Positions 11,345 to 24,289 of a stretch of 64,000 nucleotides of DNA are shown in pieces. Numbering within the stretch: position 1 is the stretch's first letter; each line of letters starts with the position of its first letter. Below the pieces are notes generated by a model. That model did not search any database and was not told the origin of the DNA. It saw only the letters and a program-made list of their open reading frames with translations. This DNA comes from Eledone cirrhosa (taxonomy: Eukaryota): contig OZ024747.1 in NCBI GenBank assembly GCA_964016885.1, positions 18,972,001 through 19,036,000 on the forward strand. The letters run 5' to 3'. The position numbers were made by a program, and so were the translations under genes.

Positions 11345-14213
11345 GTCTGAGGTGGTATATAGTTTACAGTATAGACAGAAGTAATGGCAGTGGCTTGTCC
11401 CAATAAAAAGCAATGCAGAACAACAATCCATGGCTGTCTCTGAGGTGGTATATAGTTTACAGTATAGACAGAAGTAATGGCAGTGGCTTGTCCCAATAAA
11501 AAGCAATGCAGAACAACAATCCATGGCTGTCTCTGAGGTGGTATATAGTTTATAGTATAGACAGAAGTAATGGCAGTGGCTTGTCCCAATAAAAAGCAAT
11601 GCAGAACAACAATCCATGGCTGTCTCTGAGGTGGTATATAGTTTATAGTATAGACAGAAGTAATGGCAGTGGCTTGTCCCAATAAAAAGCAATGCAGAAC
11701 AACAATCCATGGCTGTCTCTGAGGTGGTATATAGTTTATAGTATAGACAGAAGTAATGGCAGTGGCTTGTCCCAAGAAAAAGCAATGCAGAACAACAATC
11801 CATGGTTATCTCTGAGGTAGTATATAGTTTACAGTATAGACAGAAGTAATGGCAGTGGCTTGTCCCAATAAAAAGCAATGCAGAACAACAATCCATGGCT
11901 GTCTCTGAGGTGGTATATAGTTTATAGTATAGACAGAAGTAATGGCAGTGGCTTGCCCCAATAAAAAGCAATGCAGAACAACAATCCATGGCTGTCTCTG
12001 AGGTGGTATATAGTTTACAGTATAGACAGAAGTAATGGCAGTGACTTGTCCCAATAAAAAGCAATGCAGAACAACAATCCATCGCTGTCTCTGAGGTGGT
12101 ACAGTATATAGTTTATAGTATAGACAGAAGTAATGGCAGTGGCTTGTCCCAATAAAAAGCAATGCAGAACAACAATCCATGGCTGTCTCTGAGGTGGTAT
12201 ATAGTTTATAGTATAGACAGAAGTAATGGCAGTGGCTTGCCCCAATAAAAAGCAATGCAGAACAACAATCCATGGCTGTCTCTGAGGTGGTATATAGTTT
12301 ACAGTATAGACAGAAGTAATGGCAGTGACTTGTCCCAATAAAAAGCAATGCAGAACAACAATCCATAGCTGTCTCTGAGGTGGTACAGTATATAGTTTAT
12401 AGTATAGACAGAAGTAATGGCAGTGGCTTGTCCCAATAAAAAGCAATGCAGAACAACAATCCATGGCTGTCTCTGAGGTGGTATATAGTTTATAGTATAG
12501 ACAGAAGTAATGGCAGTGGCTTGCCCCAATAAAAAGCAATGCAGAACAACAATCCATGGCTGTCTCTGAGGTGGTATATAGTTTACAGTATAGACAGAAG
12601 TAATGGCAGTGACTTGTCCCAATAAAAAGCAATGCAGAACAACAATCCATGGCTGTCTCTGAGGTGGTACAGTATATAGTTTATAGTATAGACAGAAGTA
12701 ATGGCAGTGGCTTGTCCCAATAAAAAGCAATGCAGAACAACAATCCATGGCTGTCTCTGAGGTGGTATATAGTTTACAGTATAGACAGAAGTAATGGCAG
12801 TGGCTTGTCCCAATAAAAAGCAATGCAGAACAACAATCCATGGTTGTCTCTGAGGTGGTACAGTATATAGTTTACAGTATAGACAGAAGTAATGGCAGTG
12901 ACTTGTCCCAATAAAAAGCAATGCAGAACAACAATCCATGGTTGTCTCTGAGGTGGTACAGTATATAGTTTACAGTATAGACAGAAGTAATGGCAGTGGC
13001 TTGTCCCAATAAAAAGCAATGCAGAACAACAATCCATGGCTGTCTCTGAGGTGGTATATAGTTTACAGTATAGACAGAAGTAATGGCAGTGGCGTGTCCC
13101 AATAAAAAGCAATGCAGAACAACAATCCATGGCTGTCTCTGAGGTGGTACAGTATATAGTTTATAGTATAGACAGAAGTAATGGCAGTGGCTTGTCCCAA
13201 TAAAAAGCAATGCAGAACAACAATCCATGGCTGTCTCTGAGGTGGTATATAGTTTACAGTATAGACAGAAGTAATGGCAGTGGCGTGTCCCAATAAAAAG
13301 CAATGCAGAGCAACAATCCATGGCTGTCTCTGAGGTGGTATATAGTTTATAGTATAGACAGAAGTAATGGCAGTGGCTTGTCCCAATAAAAAGCAATGCA
13401 GAACAACAATCCATGGCTGTCTCTGAGGTGGTATATAGTTTATAGTATAGACAGAAGTAATGGAAGTGGCTTGTCCCAATAAAAAGCAAGGCAGAACAAC
13501 AATCCATGGCTGTCTCTGAGGTGGTATATAGTTTATAGTATAGACAGAAGTAATGGAAGTGGCTTGTCCCAATAAAAAGCAATGCAGAACAACAATCCAT
13601 GGTTGTCTCTGAGGTGGTATATAGTTTACAGTATAGACAGAAGTAATGGCAGTGGCTTGTCCCAATAAAAAGCAATGCAGAACAACAATCCATGGCTGTC
13701 TCTGAGGTGGTATATAGTTTATAGTATAGACAGAAGTAATGGCAGTGACTTGTCCCAATAAAAAGCAATGCAGAACAACAATCCATGGTTGTCTCTGAGG
13801 TGGTATATAGTTTACAGTATAGACAGAAGTAATGGCAGTGACTTGTCCCAATAAAAAGCAATGCAGAACAACAATCCATGGCTGTCTCTGAGGTGGTATA
13901 TAGTTTACAGTATAGACAGAAGTAATGGCAGTGACTTGTCCCAATAAAAAGCAATGCAGAACAACAATCCATGGTTGTCTCTGAGGTGGTATATAGTTTA
14001 CAGTATAGACAGAAGTAATGGCAGTGACTTGTCCCAATAAAAAGCAATGCAGAACAACAATCCATGGCTGTCTCTGAGGTGGTATATAGTTTACAGTATA
14101 GACAGAAGTAATGGCAGTGGCTTGTCCCAATAAAAAGCAATGCAGAACAACAATCCATGGTTGTCTCTGAGGTGGTATATAGTTTATAGTATAGACAGAA
14201 GTAATGGCAGTGG
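11345..14213. repeat. 93-bp minisatellite (~30 copies; some 98-bp variants with a cagta insertion)
   Basis: Unit gaggtggtatatagttta(c/t)agtatagacagaagtaatggcagtggcttgtcccaataaaaagcaatgcagaacaacaatccatggctgtctct; 31-aa periodicity in the ORF track. Confidence 0.97.
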
Positions 14214-14401
14214 CAAACCATAAAGATGGTATGGAATGTTTAGTTATTGGTTGAAACCTAATTTAATTTAATCAACTCAATGTACACAAATATCACATTT
14301 GACTGTTGAAGAATGCATTTATTCCCCAACTGGGAAGTCTATGACATATTGAAATAATTTATTTACACTACAAAATTCTCGAGTGGATTATTAATATAGC
14401 A

Positions 14402-14449
<48 letters not shown>

Positions 14450-14482
14450 CTCTCACTCTCTCTCTCTCTCTCTCTCCTGCTC

Positions 14483-14517
<35 letters not shown>

Positions 14518-14896
14518 TATTAATATAGCACTCTCTCTCGCTCTCTTATTAATATAACTCCCCCCTTCTCTCTCTCTCTCTTATCAATATAGCTCTCTCT
14601 CTCTCTCTCTCTCTCCCCCCTCTCTCTCTCTATCTATCTTATTAATATAGCTCTCTCTCTCTCTCTCTTTCTCATTAATATAGCTATCTGTCTCTCTCGT
14701 TATCTCTCTCTCATTCTCTCTCTCTCATTCTCTCTCTCTCTCTCCCTCTCTCTCTCTATATATATATATATATACCCGCTCTCTGTCGTTCTTCCTATAT
14801 CGGTGTCCTCTTCTCCTGCTCATATCCTCTCCCATTGGTGATCTACCCCTTTTCTTTCTGCCAGTCGTTTTGTCCTCCTCTGCCCGCCCCCCACCT

Positions 14897-14937
<41 letters not shown>

Positions 14938-15292
14938 TCTCTATCATTCATTCATTGATTTCTTGGCATTTACCATAAAACCAACTTTTAGGGGATTACC
15001 TCGATTGTCGTATATTGATTTCTTAAGTAGGCACTAAGCCTCAGAGATATATTAAGGATGGAATTTGGGCTGAGAGTGGATGTTGTGGCATTAATGCTTT
15101 CCCGCAACCATTGCCGAAGGAACTAATAAATCAAGTGAAATAGCTTCGATCAGCAATAGAAACCAGTTGTTTGGACTTTACTTGTCGGAGACATCATCTC
15201 TACACTGTAAACATGGCATGCCTGAATAGTTATGTTCCCTTCACAATCACCAAGTCTCGAGTTCGATCCTACTGGTGTGGAATCTAGGACAA

Positions 15293-15530
15293 GTGTCTTT
15301 ACCAGAATCTCCGATTAACTCAAGCCTTGTTGAGTAACATTTTGGTAGACGGGAACTATATAGTAGCCCGTCGTTTGATTGTACCCGTAATTCAATGATC
15401 CACTGCGTGTAATCTTGGGCATGTGTCTTTACCAGAGTCTCCGATTGACTCGAGCCTTGATGAGTAAAATTTGGTAGACAGAAACTATATAGTAGCCCGT
15501 CGTTAGATTGTACCAGTAATTCAAAGATTC
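15293..15530. repeat. tandem duplication of ~130 bp within a SINE-like remnant
   Basis: gtgtctttaccaga..ctccgatt..actc..gccttg..gagtaa..tttggtagac..aactatatagtagcccgtcgtt occurs twice. Confidence 0.8.
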
Positions 15531-15769
15531 AGTCTTGTTACATATTGTGTTATATTGATTCGCGTTTGGAATTATATTAATCTTGTTACAGATGTCAGTA
15601 AAATACTCAACCAATTACACGTTAATTTGCAAATTGGACGTCCAGTTGACCGAACAACTGAATACTCATCGTTGAAATTGACGGAGAATCACGGTGGTGT
15701 AGTAATAGTAGTAGTACATACTTTATTGGTGATGAGAGATTAAGGTACATTTTTATTATTATACCCGTC

Positions 15770-16120
15770 TGCCAGGCTTTGCAGCATATAGTTACGTCCC
15801 TTTACGTTCTGAGTTCAAATCCTGTCAAGGTTAGCTTTTCCTTTCGTCCTTACGGGGACGATAAAATAAAGTACCAGTAACGCACTGGAGTCCTTTTAAT
15901 TGCCCCCCCCCCTCCCCCCGCAAAAAAGTGCTGACCTTACACCTAAATCAGAAACCATTATTACACCCGTCGGAGTATTGGCAGAATCGTTAGATCTTTC
16001 TACGTTCTGAGTTCAAATTCCACTTTCATCCTTCTGTAGTCGATGAAATAAAGTACTAATCAAATAATGAGTCGATGTAATCGACTATCCCTTTCCCACA
16101 AAATTTGCTGGTCTTGTGCC
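15770..16120 (+). mobile_element. two adjacent Deu/Nin-domain SINE remnants
   Basis: gttctgagttcaaat ... gataaaataaagtac motifs occur twice. Confidence 0.7.
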
Positions 16121-16180
16121 TCAAGGTTTCGGGTTCGATCCCAATATGTGGCATCTTATATATATATATATATATACACT

Positions 16181-16212
<32 letters not shown>

Positions 16213-16219
16213 CTGAGGG

Positions 16220-16300
16220 AGTCTCTTGGCAAGCGGACTGCCTCATAGCTTAGGTGCACTTTAATTGCACACCAGTCAGCGAAACTGCGCAGTCGAGACT
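16220..16300 (+). ncRNA. variant hammerhead (TTGGCAA core)
   Basis: agtctc-TTGGCAA-gcggactg...cagtcagc-GAAA-CTGCGCAG-TC-gagact: perfect 6-bp stem I, palindromic stem III, GUC triplet. Confidence 0.6.
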
Positions 16301-16377
16301 ACGAAGAAAAATTAGGTATTTTTTGTCTATTTGCTCTTCACTCTTATAATTGTGTGTGTGTGTGTGTGTGTGTGTAT

Positions 16378-16401
<24 letters not shown>

Positions 16402-16409
<8 letters not shown>

Positions 16410-16692
16410 AAATCAGTGATGCATCTGAACTCAATTTATTGTGTGTTACAATTGTTTATGCTCCGAAATCATTAGACGTGTCCGTCGAACCCGCGGGTCC
16501 AGAATCAGACAGATTCACACACTGATCACGTCTCGAGCTGTCCGCCGGCGAAACAATTGTAACACACAATAAATTGAGTTCAGATGAATCACTGATTTTT
16601 CGTTTTCTATTCTATCATACTCTGCTCTGCAAGAGCATAGAGTGCTCAACCGGCATACCTACTATGTAAGCATCTTAGCTACCATAAGACAC

Positions 16693-16695
<3 letters not shown>
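16402..16695 (+). mobile_element. fold-back element (56-bp arms) with GAAA-CAATTG-TA...AATAAA and tail hairpin, between microsatellites
   Basis: Arms 16402-16457 / 16551-16608; tail actctgctctgcaagagcatagagtgctc. Confidence 0.65.
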
Positions 16696-16732
<37 letters not shown>

Positions 16733-17194
16733 GGTTGACGAAAACTTTCTGAAAGTCCATCAGTTGGATTGTATGAATAATTCCAAAAGCCGGCGTTGTT
16801 CCACGCCGTGTCACGCTATATTTACCTGAGTATTATGTTAGCGGGTACACGTATTTGTGGAATATTCAGCCAATTATATGTTAGTGTAATTGACCTAAAA
16901 ACTAAAACATTCTTCGTCGAAACTGACGAAGTTCCATTTATCTATTTTTTTTATTTATTTATTGTGATTGGTTCGATGTAAATCTGTAGAACTGTAAGCA
17001 TGGTCAATATTGTCCACCTATTGCGATATAAAATATAATCAATAATTAAAGTGTGACTAAGCTTTGAGCTTTCAACGCATGATTAGATTTAGTGTCCTAA
17101 TCTTAAGGTCTACTGAATAGTGGTTTGCTAGCTAGCATGTTTCGACTGCAGTAAAAGGAATTGTTCGTTGGTTTGTGCATGAGAGAGAGGGGGG

Positions 17195-17234
<40 letters not shown>

Positions 17235-17326
17235 AATAAGAACATACATTCCCAGTATTTTCTCAACTGTAAAGAGAGATTTTGATAACACGGATGACCA
17301 TTAGTTTATTCTTTTAAATTTGATTA

Positions 17327-17402
<76 letters not shown>

Positions 17403-17429
17403 TGTGTGTGTATATATATATAAGATGCC

Positions 17430-17514
<85 letters not shown>

Positions 17515-17549
17515 GAGACATATCTAATATGTAACGATACCTTAACATA

Positions 17550-17632
<83 letters not shown>

Positions 17633-17756
17633 CATATAAATATTTAATATGTATCGATACCTTACTATAGTATATATATAGATATAGATATATATATATA
17701 GATAGGGGGGGGGGGGGGCATATATACATATTTGACATGTATCAATTCCTTAACAG

Positions 17757-17826
<70 letters not shown>

Positions 17827-18038
17827 TTGTGAGGAGGAAAAAGTCGCTTATATAGGTCCCAGTGCTTTACTAGTATTTTATTTTAACGACGCCGGAAAGA
17901 TAAAAGGCAGAGTTGACCACAGCGGGATATGAAACTAGAATGTAGAGAGTCGTATGGAAATATTGCAATTCATTTCATCCGACGCATTGATGATTCCGTC
18001 AATCCACCGGCAATAATGGAAGTCTGTCATGTATGGAG

Positions 18039-18313
18039 TCTAAAGTCTAAAGTCTGTTTTAAGCGAGAAGGCACATTTGGCTGGTGTTTATCCCGGATTC
18101 ATGGCATGAAGCGACTGAGAGTACAAGACTCAGCTCTGGACAGGACGCCATCCCATCGCAGGGTTAAATCCTGGTACTCATTTTCACCTGAGTATACTAG
18201 AGCAACATGAAATGAAGTGTTTTGCTCAAGAACACAACACGCAACCGAGGAATCGAACCTACGACGTTATGATCGTAAGTCCAACACCCTTACCACTAGG
18301 CTACAAGCCTCCA
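18039..18313 (-). mobile_element. same tRNA-derived SINE family as 19807-20087
   Basis: Reverse-complement similarity over the whole length. Confidence 0.85.
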
Positions 18314-19013
18314 CCGTGTATGGAGAGTGTAGTCATATTGTGTCACTTTATGAACCGTAACTTAGCAGTTCTAATAAGAGATCAATAAAATAAGAAACTG
18401 TGTGAAATAAATACTGGAAGCGATATGTTCAACTAAAAACCTTGACGCCTCAGATGATGGTTTTTATATATACAATTGATATGTTCGGTCTTATGAGTGT
18501 TTTAATAAAATAAGTGTTACAAGCAGCCACAGTGTCACAACAACCGCTACACTATGCGGATTCACACACAAAAAATGGAATATATTGAAAGCTAACACAT
18601 AAAAAACAAACATTACAACTTATTGTATGTATAGACCCGTAAAACCTGGCGGAGCCCACCCTCTCTCAAGAGAGGGAGGGACGGGGTGATAGAGAGGAAA
18701 TGAGAGAAAAACATACAGAGGAAGAATTGACTCCAGTACTGGACTGGTACTTCTTTTGTTATCAATCTAAAAGGGATGAAGAGCATGGTTGACCTCAGTA
18801 GGATTTGAACTCGGAGAACGCAGAGAGCCAGAACGAATACCGCAAATCATTCTATCCGACGTTCTAACGACTCTGCCAATTCGCTGCACTCAAACTATAT
18901 TTAGACCTGTCAACTCTCCCCGTCCGACAGGGAGATCGCCCACCCACTTTGGGGTGGGTGAGAGATGTCTTCTCTTGTGAAAATGGGTATAGCTTTCATT
19001 ATGTAAAATCTCC

Positions 19014-19199
19014 GGGTGAATTGGCAGTATCGGTAGAGGGTCGGACGCCATGCTTTCCAGCATAGTTACGTCCCTTTACGGTCTGAGTTCAAATCCCGTC
19101 GAGGTTAACTTTGCCTTTCATCCTTACGGGGTCGATAAAATAAAGTACCAGTAATGTACTGGGTAATTGCTGGCTTTGTGCCAAAAAGTAGAAACAATT
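19014..19199 (+). mobile_element. Deu/Nin-domain SINE with 16-bp TSD
   Basis: Flanked by attatgtaaaatctcc on both sides. Confidence 0.9.
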
Positions 19200-19585
19200 A
19201 TGTAAAATCTCCCCATTTTGCCTCATTTCTTCCCGTTTGGGGACACTTTTTTTTCATGGTACTCTCCGTTCGGGTTATTAGAGGTTGACAGGTCTGCTTA
19301 TTACATTCTTCAAACCTCCGCTTATCCAAAAATTCTCCACCCGAGTAATTCAAATCTTCTCTCAAACCCCTATGAACATCATTTCTCTCCAATCTTAAAT
19401 ATAACTAGATTATTAATAAATGTTCTTTAAAAGTTTCTTATTCAACCACTGCTAACCTTGCACAAACTTTATCCATTGTGAATAGTATGACATTTGGCCA
19501 TTCTCCCTCTATCAGTCCTCTTCAACCAAGGAAATGTTGTACTCAACATGTCCATTCGACCGTAAATATACTTCTAAAAGAATTA

Positions 19586-19752
19586 CCGTATTTCCCGGCG
19601 CCGAAGACGCTACTTTTTTCCTAAAATAAGTCTCAAAAATCTACCATGCGTCCTGGAGGCCGAAGATTGTTTTGTTTTTTTTTTCAAATATTGGTTGTCA
19701 AAATTAGAGTACGTCCTCGAGGACGAAGCGTCTTCGGCGCCGGGAAATACGG
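19586..19752. mobile_element. Tc1/mariner (pogo-like) MITE, perfect 25-bp TIRs, TA TSD
   Basis: ta|ccgtatttcccggcgccgaagacgc ... gcgtcttcggcgccgggaaatacgg|ta. Confidence 0.9.
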
Positions 19753-19806
19753 TATGTTTACCCAACAAATGTTAAAATTAATTCAGTCCCCTTAATCGTA
19801 CTTTGT

Positions 19807-20087
19807 GGAGGCACGTGGCCTAGTGGTAAGAGTGTTGGACTTACGATCATAATGTCGTGGGTTCGATTCCTGGGCTGCGTGTTGTGTTCTTGAGCAAAAC
19901 ACTTCATTTCACGTTGCTCCAGTATACTCAGCTGAAAATGAGTACCAGCAATGGCTGGAGGTTTAACCCTGCGATGGACTGACGTCCTGTCCAGGGGGGA
20001 GTCTTGTTCTCTCAGTCGCTTCACGCCATGAAACCGGGATAAGCACCGGCCAAATGAGCCTTCTGGCTTAAGACAGACTTTAGACTT
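19807..20087 (+). mobile_element. full-length tRNA-derived SINE (second family; CORE-like and V-like central blocks)
   Basis: A box tggcctagtgg, B box ggttcgattcc, ttcttgagcaaaacacttc, ccctgcgatggactgacgtcctgtccaggg, tail (agacttt)2. Confidence 0.85.
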
Positions 20088-20469
20088 TTTTTTTTAATCG
20101 TACTTTAGATTAATAGCAAACTCTTTTAAAACGTATTAACAACATTATTAGCAAAACTTAAATACATATTGATACCAAATCAAATTGCTTAGCACCACAT
20201 TATCAAGATCTGTTGAGAATCTCAAAAGGTAATAATAGTTCCTGATTTTGGCACATGGCCAGGAATTTTCGGTAGCAGTCTCAAGTACTTTACTACTACT
20301 TTATTCTATCAACCCTCGGAAGGATGAAAGGCAAAGTTGACCGCGATGGGATTTGAACTCAGAAAGTAAAAATAAAGGGCCTGTACTATCAGTCCTCTGT
20401 GTCTTATTATTCTCTCTCTCTCTCCCTCTCTCTCTCTCTTATCTTTCTTCTGACTCTCAATCTATCACT

Positions 20470-20602
<133 letters not shown>

Positions 20603-20871
20603 CAAAGAACAATTGTAAGAAAAAGAGATACAAGAAAATGTTGTTATTATATTTCCACGTCTTAACACTGACTCTCAACCTCTGACACATCTTTGGTCTA
20701 CCTCGCTTGTTTCTGAGAGAATGAGTGAGAGAAGGTGGGTCTTAAGGCCAATAGGTATTCAACAATACAAGCAAGATGGAAAACAGTAGATAAAACGTAG
20801 ATAAGATCAAATCCCAGGTTGATACTGGAGGATTAACGGAGCAAAGCACCACTCACTATTTATTTATTCAT

Positions 20872-20906
<35 letters not shown>

Positions 20907-21077
20907 TTCTGTCTTTCTGATTGAACTTAGTTTTCTGTGTAAGATCAATATCTTTTGTTTGTTAGGATTTTTTTCACTTTTATAATTTCTTTTATATTTT
21001 CTACATGAGGAATGTTCTGGTAAACAGCTTAGGCTAAAAAAAATAAACTATTATTTCGTGCCAACGAGGTTCTCTCG

Positions 21078-21118
<41 letters not shown>

Positions 21119-21198
21119 GATATGTAGATAGATGTGATAGATAGATATGTTTCTATGATAGATAGATAGACATACAGATAGAGAGACATACACACACG

Positions 21199-21248
<50 letters not shown>

Positions 21249-21263
21249 TACAATCACACACAC

Positions 21264-21302
<39 letters not shown>

Positions 21303-21408
21303 ATATACAACCACACACACACATATATATATATATATATACAGAAATATACAACCACACACACACACGCACATATATATAGACACATACAACCACAGAG
21401 AGAGAGAG

Positions 21409-21440
<32 letters not shown>

Positions 21441-21441
21441 A

Positions 21442-21482
<41 letters not shown>

Positions 21483-21822
21483 TTATAGACACACACACAC
21501 ATTGAGTGTTTTACTAAAGTGAAGGCGCATGGCTTAATGGTAAGAGAATTGGATTCACAATCGTGAGGTTGCGAATTCGATTCCTGGACCGAGCGGTGCG
21601 TTATGTCCTTGAGCAAGACACTTCATTTCATGTTGCTCTTTCTGCCAGGATTTACGCCCGTCAGATAGTCTCAGCAATGGAAAAACCAATGGAAATATTG
21701 TTGCCTTGGTCTGATTTGACAAGTTCCATCCCGCTCAGTAAGCGAATGAGTTATGGGATCTTCTCGATCGATGAAGACATAGATAGATAGATATATTTCT
21801 TTATTTGCCACAAGGGCGCTAA

Positions 21823-22003
21823 CAATTGTTTCTACTTTTGGCACAAGATCAGCAATTATCCCAGTGTATTACTGGTGCTTTATTTTATCGACCCCGTAAG
21901 GATGAAAGACAAAGTTAACTTCGGCGGGATTTGAATTCAGACCATAAAGGGCTGTAACTCTATGCTGCAAAGCATCACGTCAGACCCTCTACCGATACTG
22001 CCA
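21823..22003 (-). mobile_element. Deu/Nin-domain SINE
   Basis: Same family as 3824-4001. Confidence 0.85.
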
Positions 22004-22009
22004 ACAGAC

Positions 22010-22530
22010 ATAGATATAGATAGATATATTTCTTTATTAGCCACAGGGGCACAAAAGAAGGGGACAAATACAAAGGGGGAAGTTTACATACAATAAAAAC
22101 GTGTAAAATGTTTTCACAAATGCAATTTAAAAAATTAGTCGAATTTCCCCAATAGAGGGAGACAGTTCATATGGGTAACACATACCCCCGAAAAAATGTG
22201 TAACCCTCATCTCCAGGAGTACGAAGGGTTTGTACTCCTTTCCTCTCCTCCTCCTTTTCCTCAACCTACAGGCTGATATAGAGAGAAGGCCCATTCACTC
22301 GGGCCATTCTCGCCACTTTCACCCACCTTTCATAAAACTTGCTGGGGTACAGCACCTCTCTCTCCATCCTGATTCTTCTTCCAAAGTGGTATTTGAAAAA
22401 AAGAATCAGTTGTTGGCCGGAGAGAAAGGTGTCTGACCTCAGCCCTTTCAACCTTGTCCACCATACAACCTCTTTCGCCATAGCTATCACACAAAGGAAA
22501 AACCGCCTCTCCTTCGTTTTAGAAGGAGGG
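22010..22530 (-). mobile_element. L1/Tx1-like LINE 3' fragment embedded in (GATA)n
   Basis: ORF 22266..22637 C-terminus IAMAKEVVWWTR...FYERW resembles Tx1/L1 ORF2 ends; AATAAA then (TCTA)n at the 3' end; (GATA)n at the truncated 5' end. Confidence 0.55.
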
Positions 22531-22592
<62 letters not shown>

Positions 22593-22864
22593 CGCACACA
22601 TACATCGCTCTCTATATAGAAATAACAGACAAATCACATCATAAAAATATAGCCTAAATTACTAAACTCTGCTGTAAATATATTGAATACTTACCCAGTG
22701 ATTCTGACCAAACTCGTTGATGTAATTTTTATAGCGCCGTTGTATTGATCTAGTTCAACAGAAGTATTGGTTTCAACTTCAGTTCGGCGTAGAGGATCTT
22801 ATTTAAGGGACATCTACTTATAACGGATCAAAATTATTCGCTGTTTTTCTTTTCCTCTGTATAA

Positions 22865-22982
22865 AAGTTCAGACGTTTGTTTCTAACTAGTATCGAAGTT
22901 CAGACGTTTGTTCTAACTAGTATCGAAGTTCAGACGTCTGTTCTAATTAGGCAATAAGTTCAGACGCCTGTTCTAACTAGGT
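22865..22982. repeat. ~30-bp tandem repeat x4
   Basis: aagttcagacgt(t/c)tgttctaactag. Confidence 0.85.
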
Positions 22983-23572
22983 ATTTTTGATTCACCAGTA
23001 GTAAGTGTATTGGACTTACGATCATAATGTCGTAAGTTCGATTCCTGGACTGGGCTGTTTGTTGTTCTTGAGCAAAACAGCGTCAGACACCCTGTCTTGC
23101 AACATAGAGTTACGGCCCTCTACGTTCTGAGTTTAAATCCCGTCGAGGTTAGCCTTACCTTACGGGGTCGATAAAATAAAGTACCAGTAACGCATTGTGG
23201 TCGATTTGATCGACTTTCCCCGCCCCCCAAATTGCTGGCCTTGTGCCTAAATCAGAAACCATTATTATCAATAATTTAGGCTACTGTCTAACAATCCGAT
23301 ACCTTTGGAAAATTTTTCGTTACTTTTTTTTATAAAATTGATCTGACAACTCTGATCCTATTGTTTGTGACAGGCAAGGATAACCTGTGGCCCCTGTTGT
23401 TTTTCTGTGTAGGGGTGGAGATACATCTATACCTCACCCCCTCACTTTCTCTCTCTATCTCTCTCTCTCTCTATCTATCTCTCTGCTCCCTCCATCTCTC
23501 CCCACGCCCATCTCCAACTTCCCTCCTCACGTTTTTTCTTTCTCTCTCAACCCTCTCTCTCTCTATCTCTTC

Positions 23573-23636
<64 letters not shown>

Positions 23637-23730
23637 CTCTCTTTCTCTCTCTCACTTTTAACCCCCAACTCACCAGCTCCATCACCCTTCTATACTCTAT
23701 CAACCTTGTTATCAACAACATCCATTCTAC

Positions 23731-23764
<34 letters not shown>

Positions 23765-24079
23765 CACACACACACATACATACACACATACACACACACA
23801 CACACACACATACACATACATACCCTCATGCTCATTCATACAGGCATGCACGTAAATACACACACATATACCTGTGTGTTACTGGGGAATCACTCATTGA
23901 TGAAAATTTATCTGACACCTCTCCTCCTCCCCTCTCTTCCTCCTTATCCCCCCCCCCCCCCCGCTATCGCTCTAATCCTCTATCTCTCTGAACACCCCAC
24001 CCACCCCTCTCATCAATTCTCCATCCTTCCAAGCTTTGTTATCAGCCCTCACTATCAACAGCGCCCACCGTTCACCGCA

Positions 24080-24229
24080 TGACAGAGAGAGAGAGAGAAA
24101 GGGGGAGAGAGGGTAGGGAGGGAGAGAGAGGGGGGGGAGAGTGATAGAGAGAGGAGAGAAAGGGGGAAAAGAAAGAGAGCGATAGAGAGGGGAGAGAAAG
24201 GGGGAAAAGAAAGAGAGTGATAGAGAGAG

Positions 24230-24289
<60 letters not shown>

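Noticed and set aside
11113-14221. Cys-rich repeat ORFs (MDCCSALLFIG... / YIPPQRQPW...)
   Set aside because: Translations of a 93-bp satellite, frameshifted by 5-bp insertions; no splice or homology support.
19807-19880. tRNA gene
   Set aside because: A/B boxes belong to a SINE head continuing into a SINE body; no proper cloverleaf or terminator.
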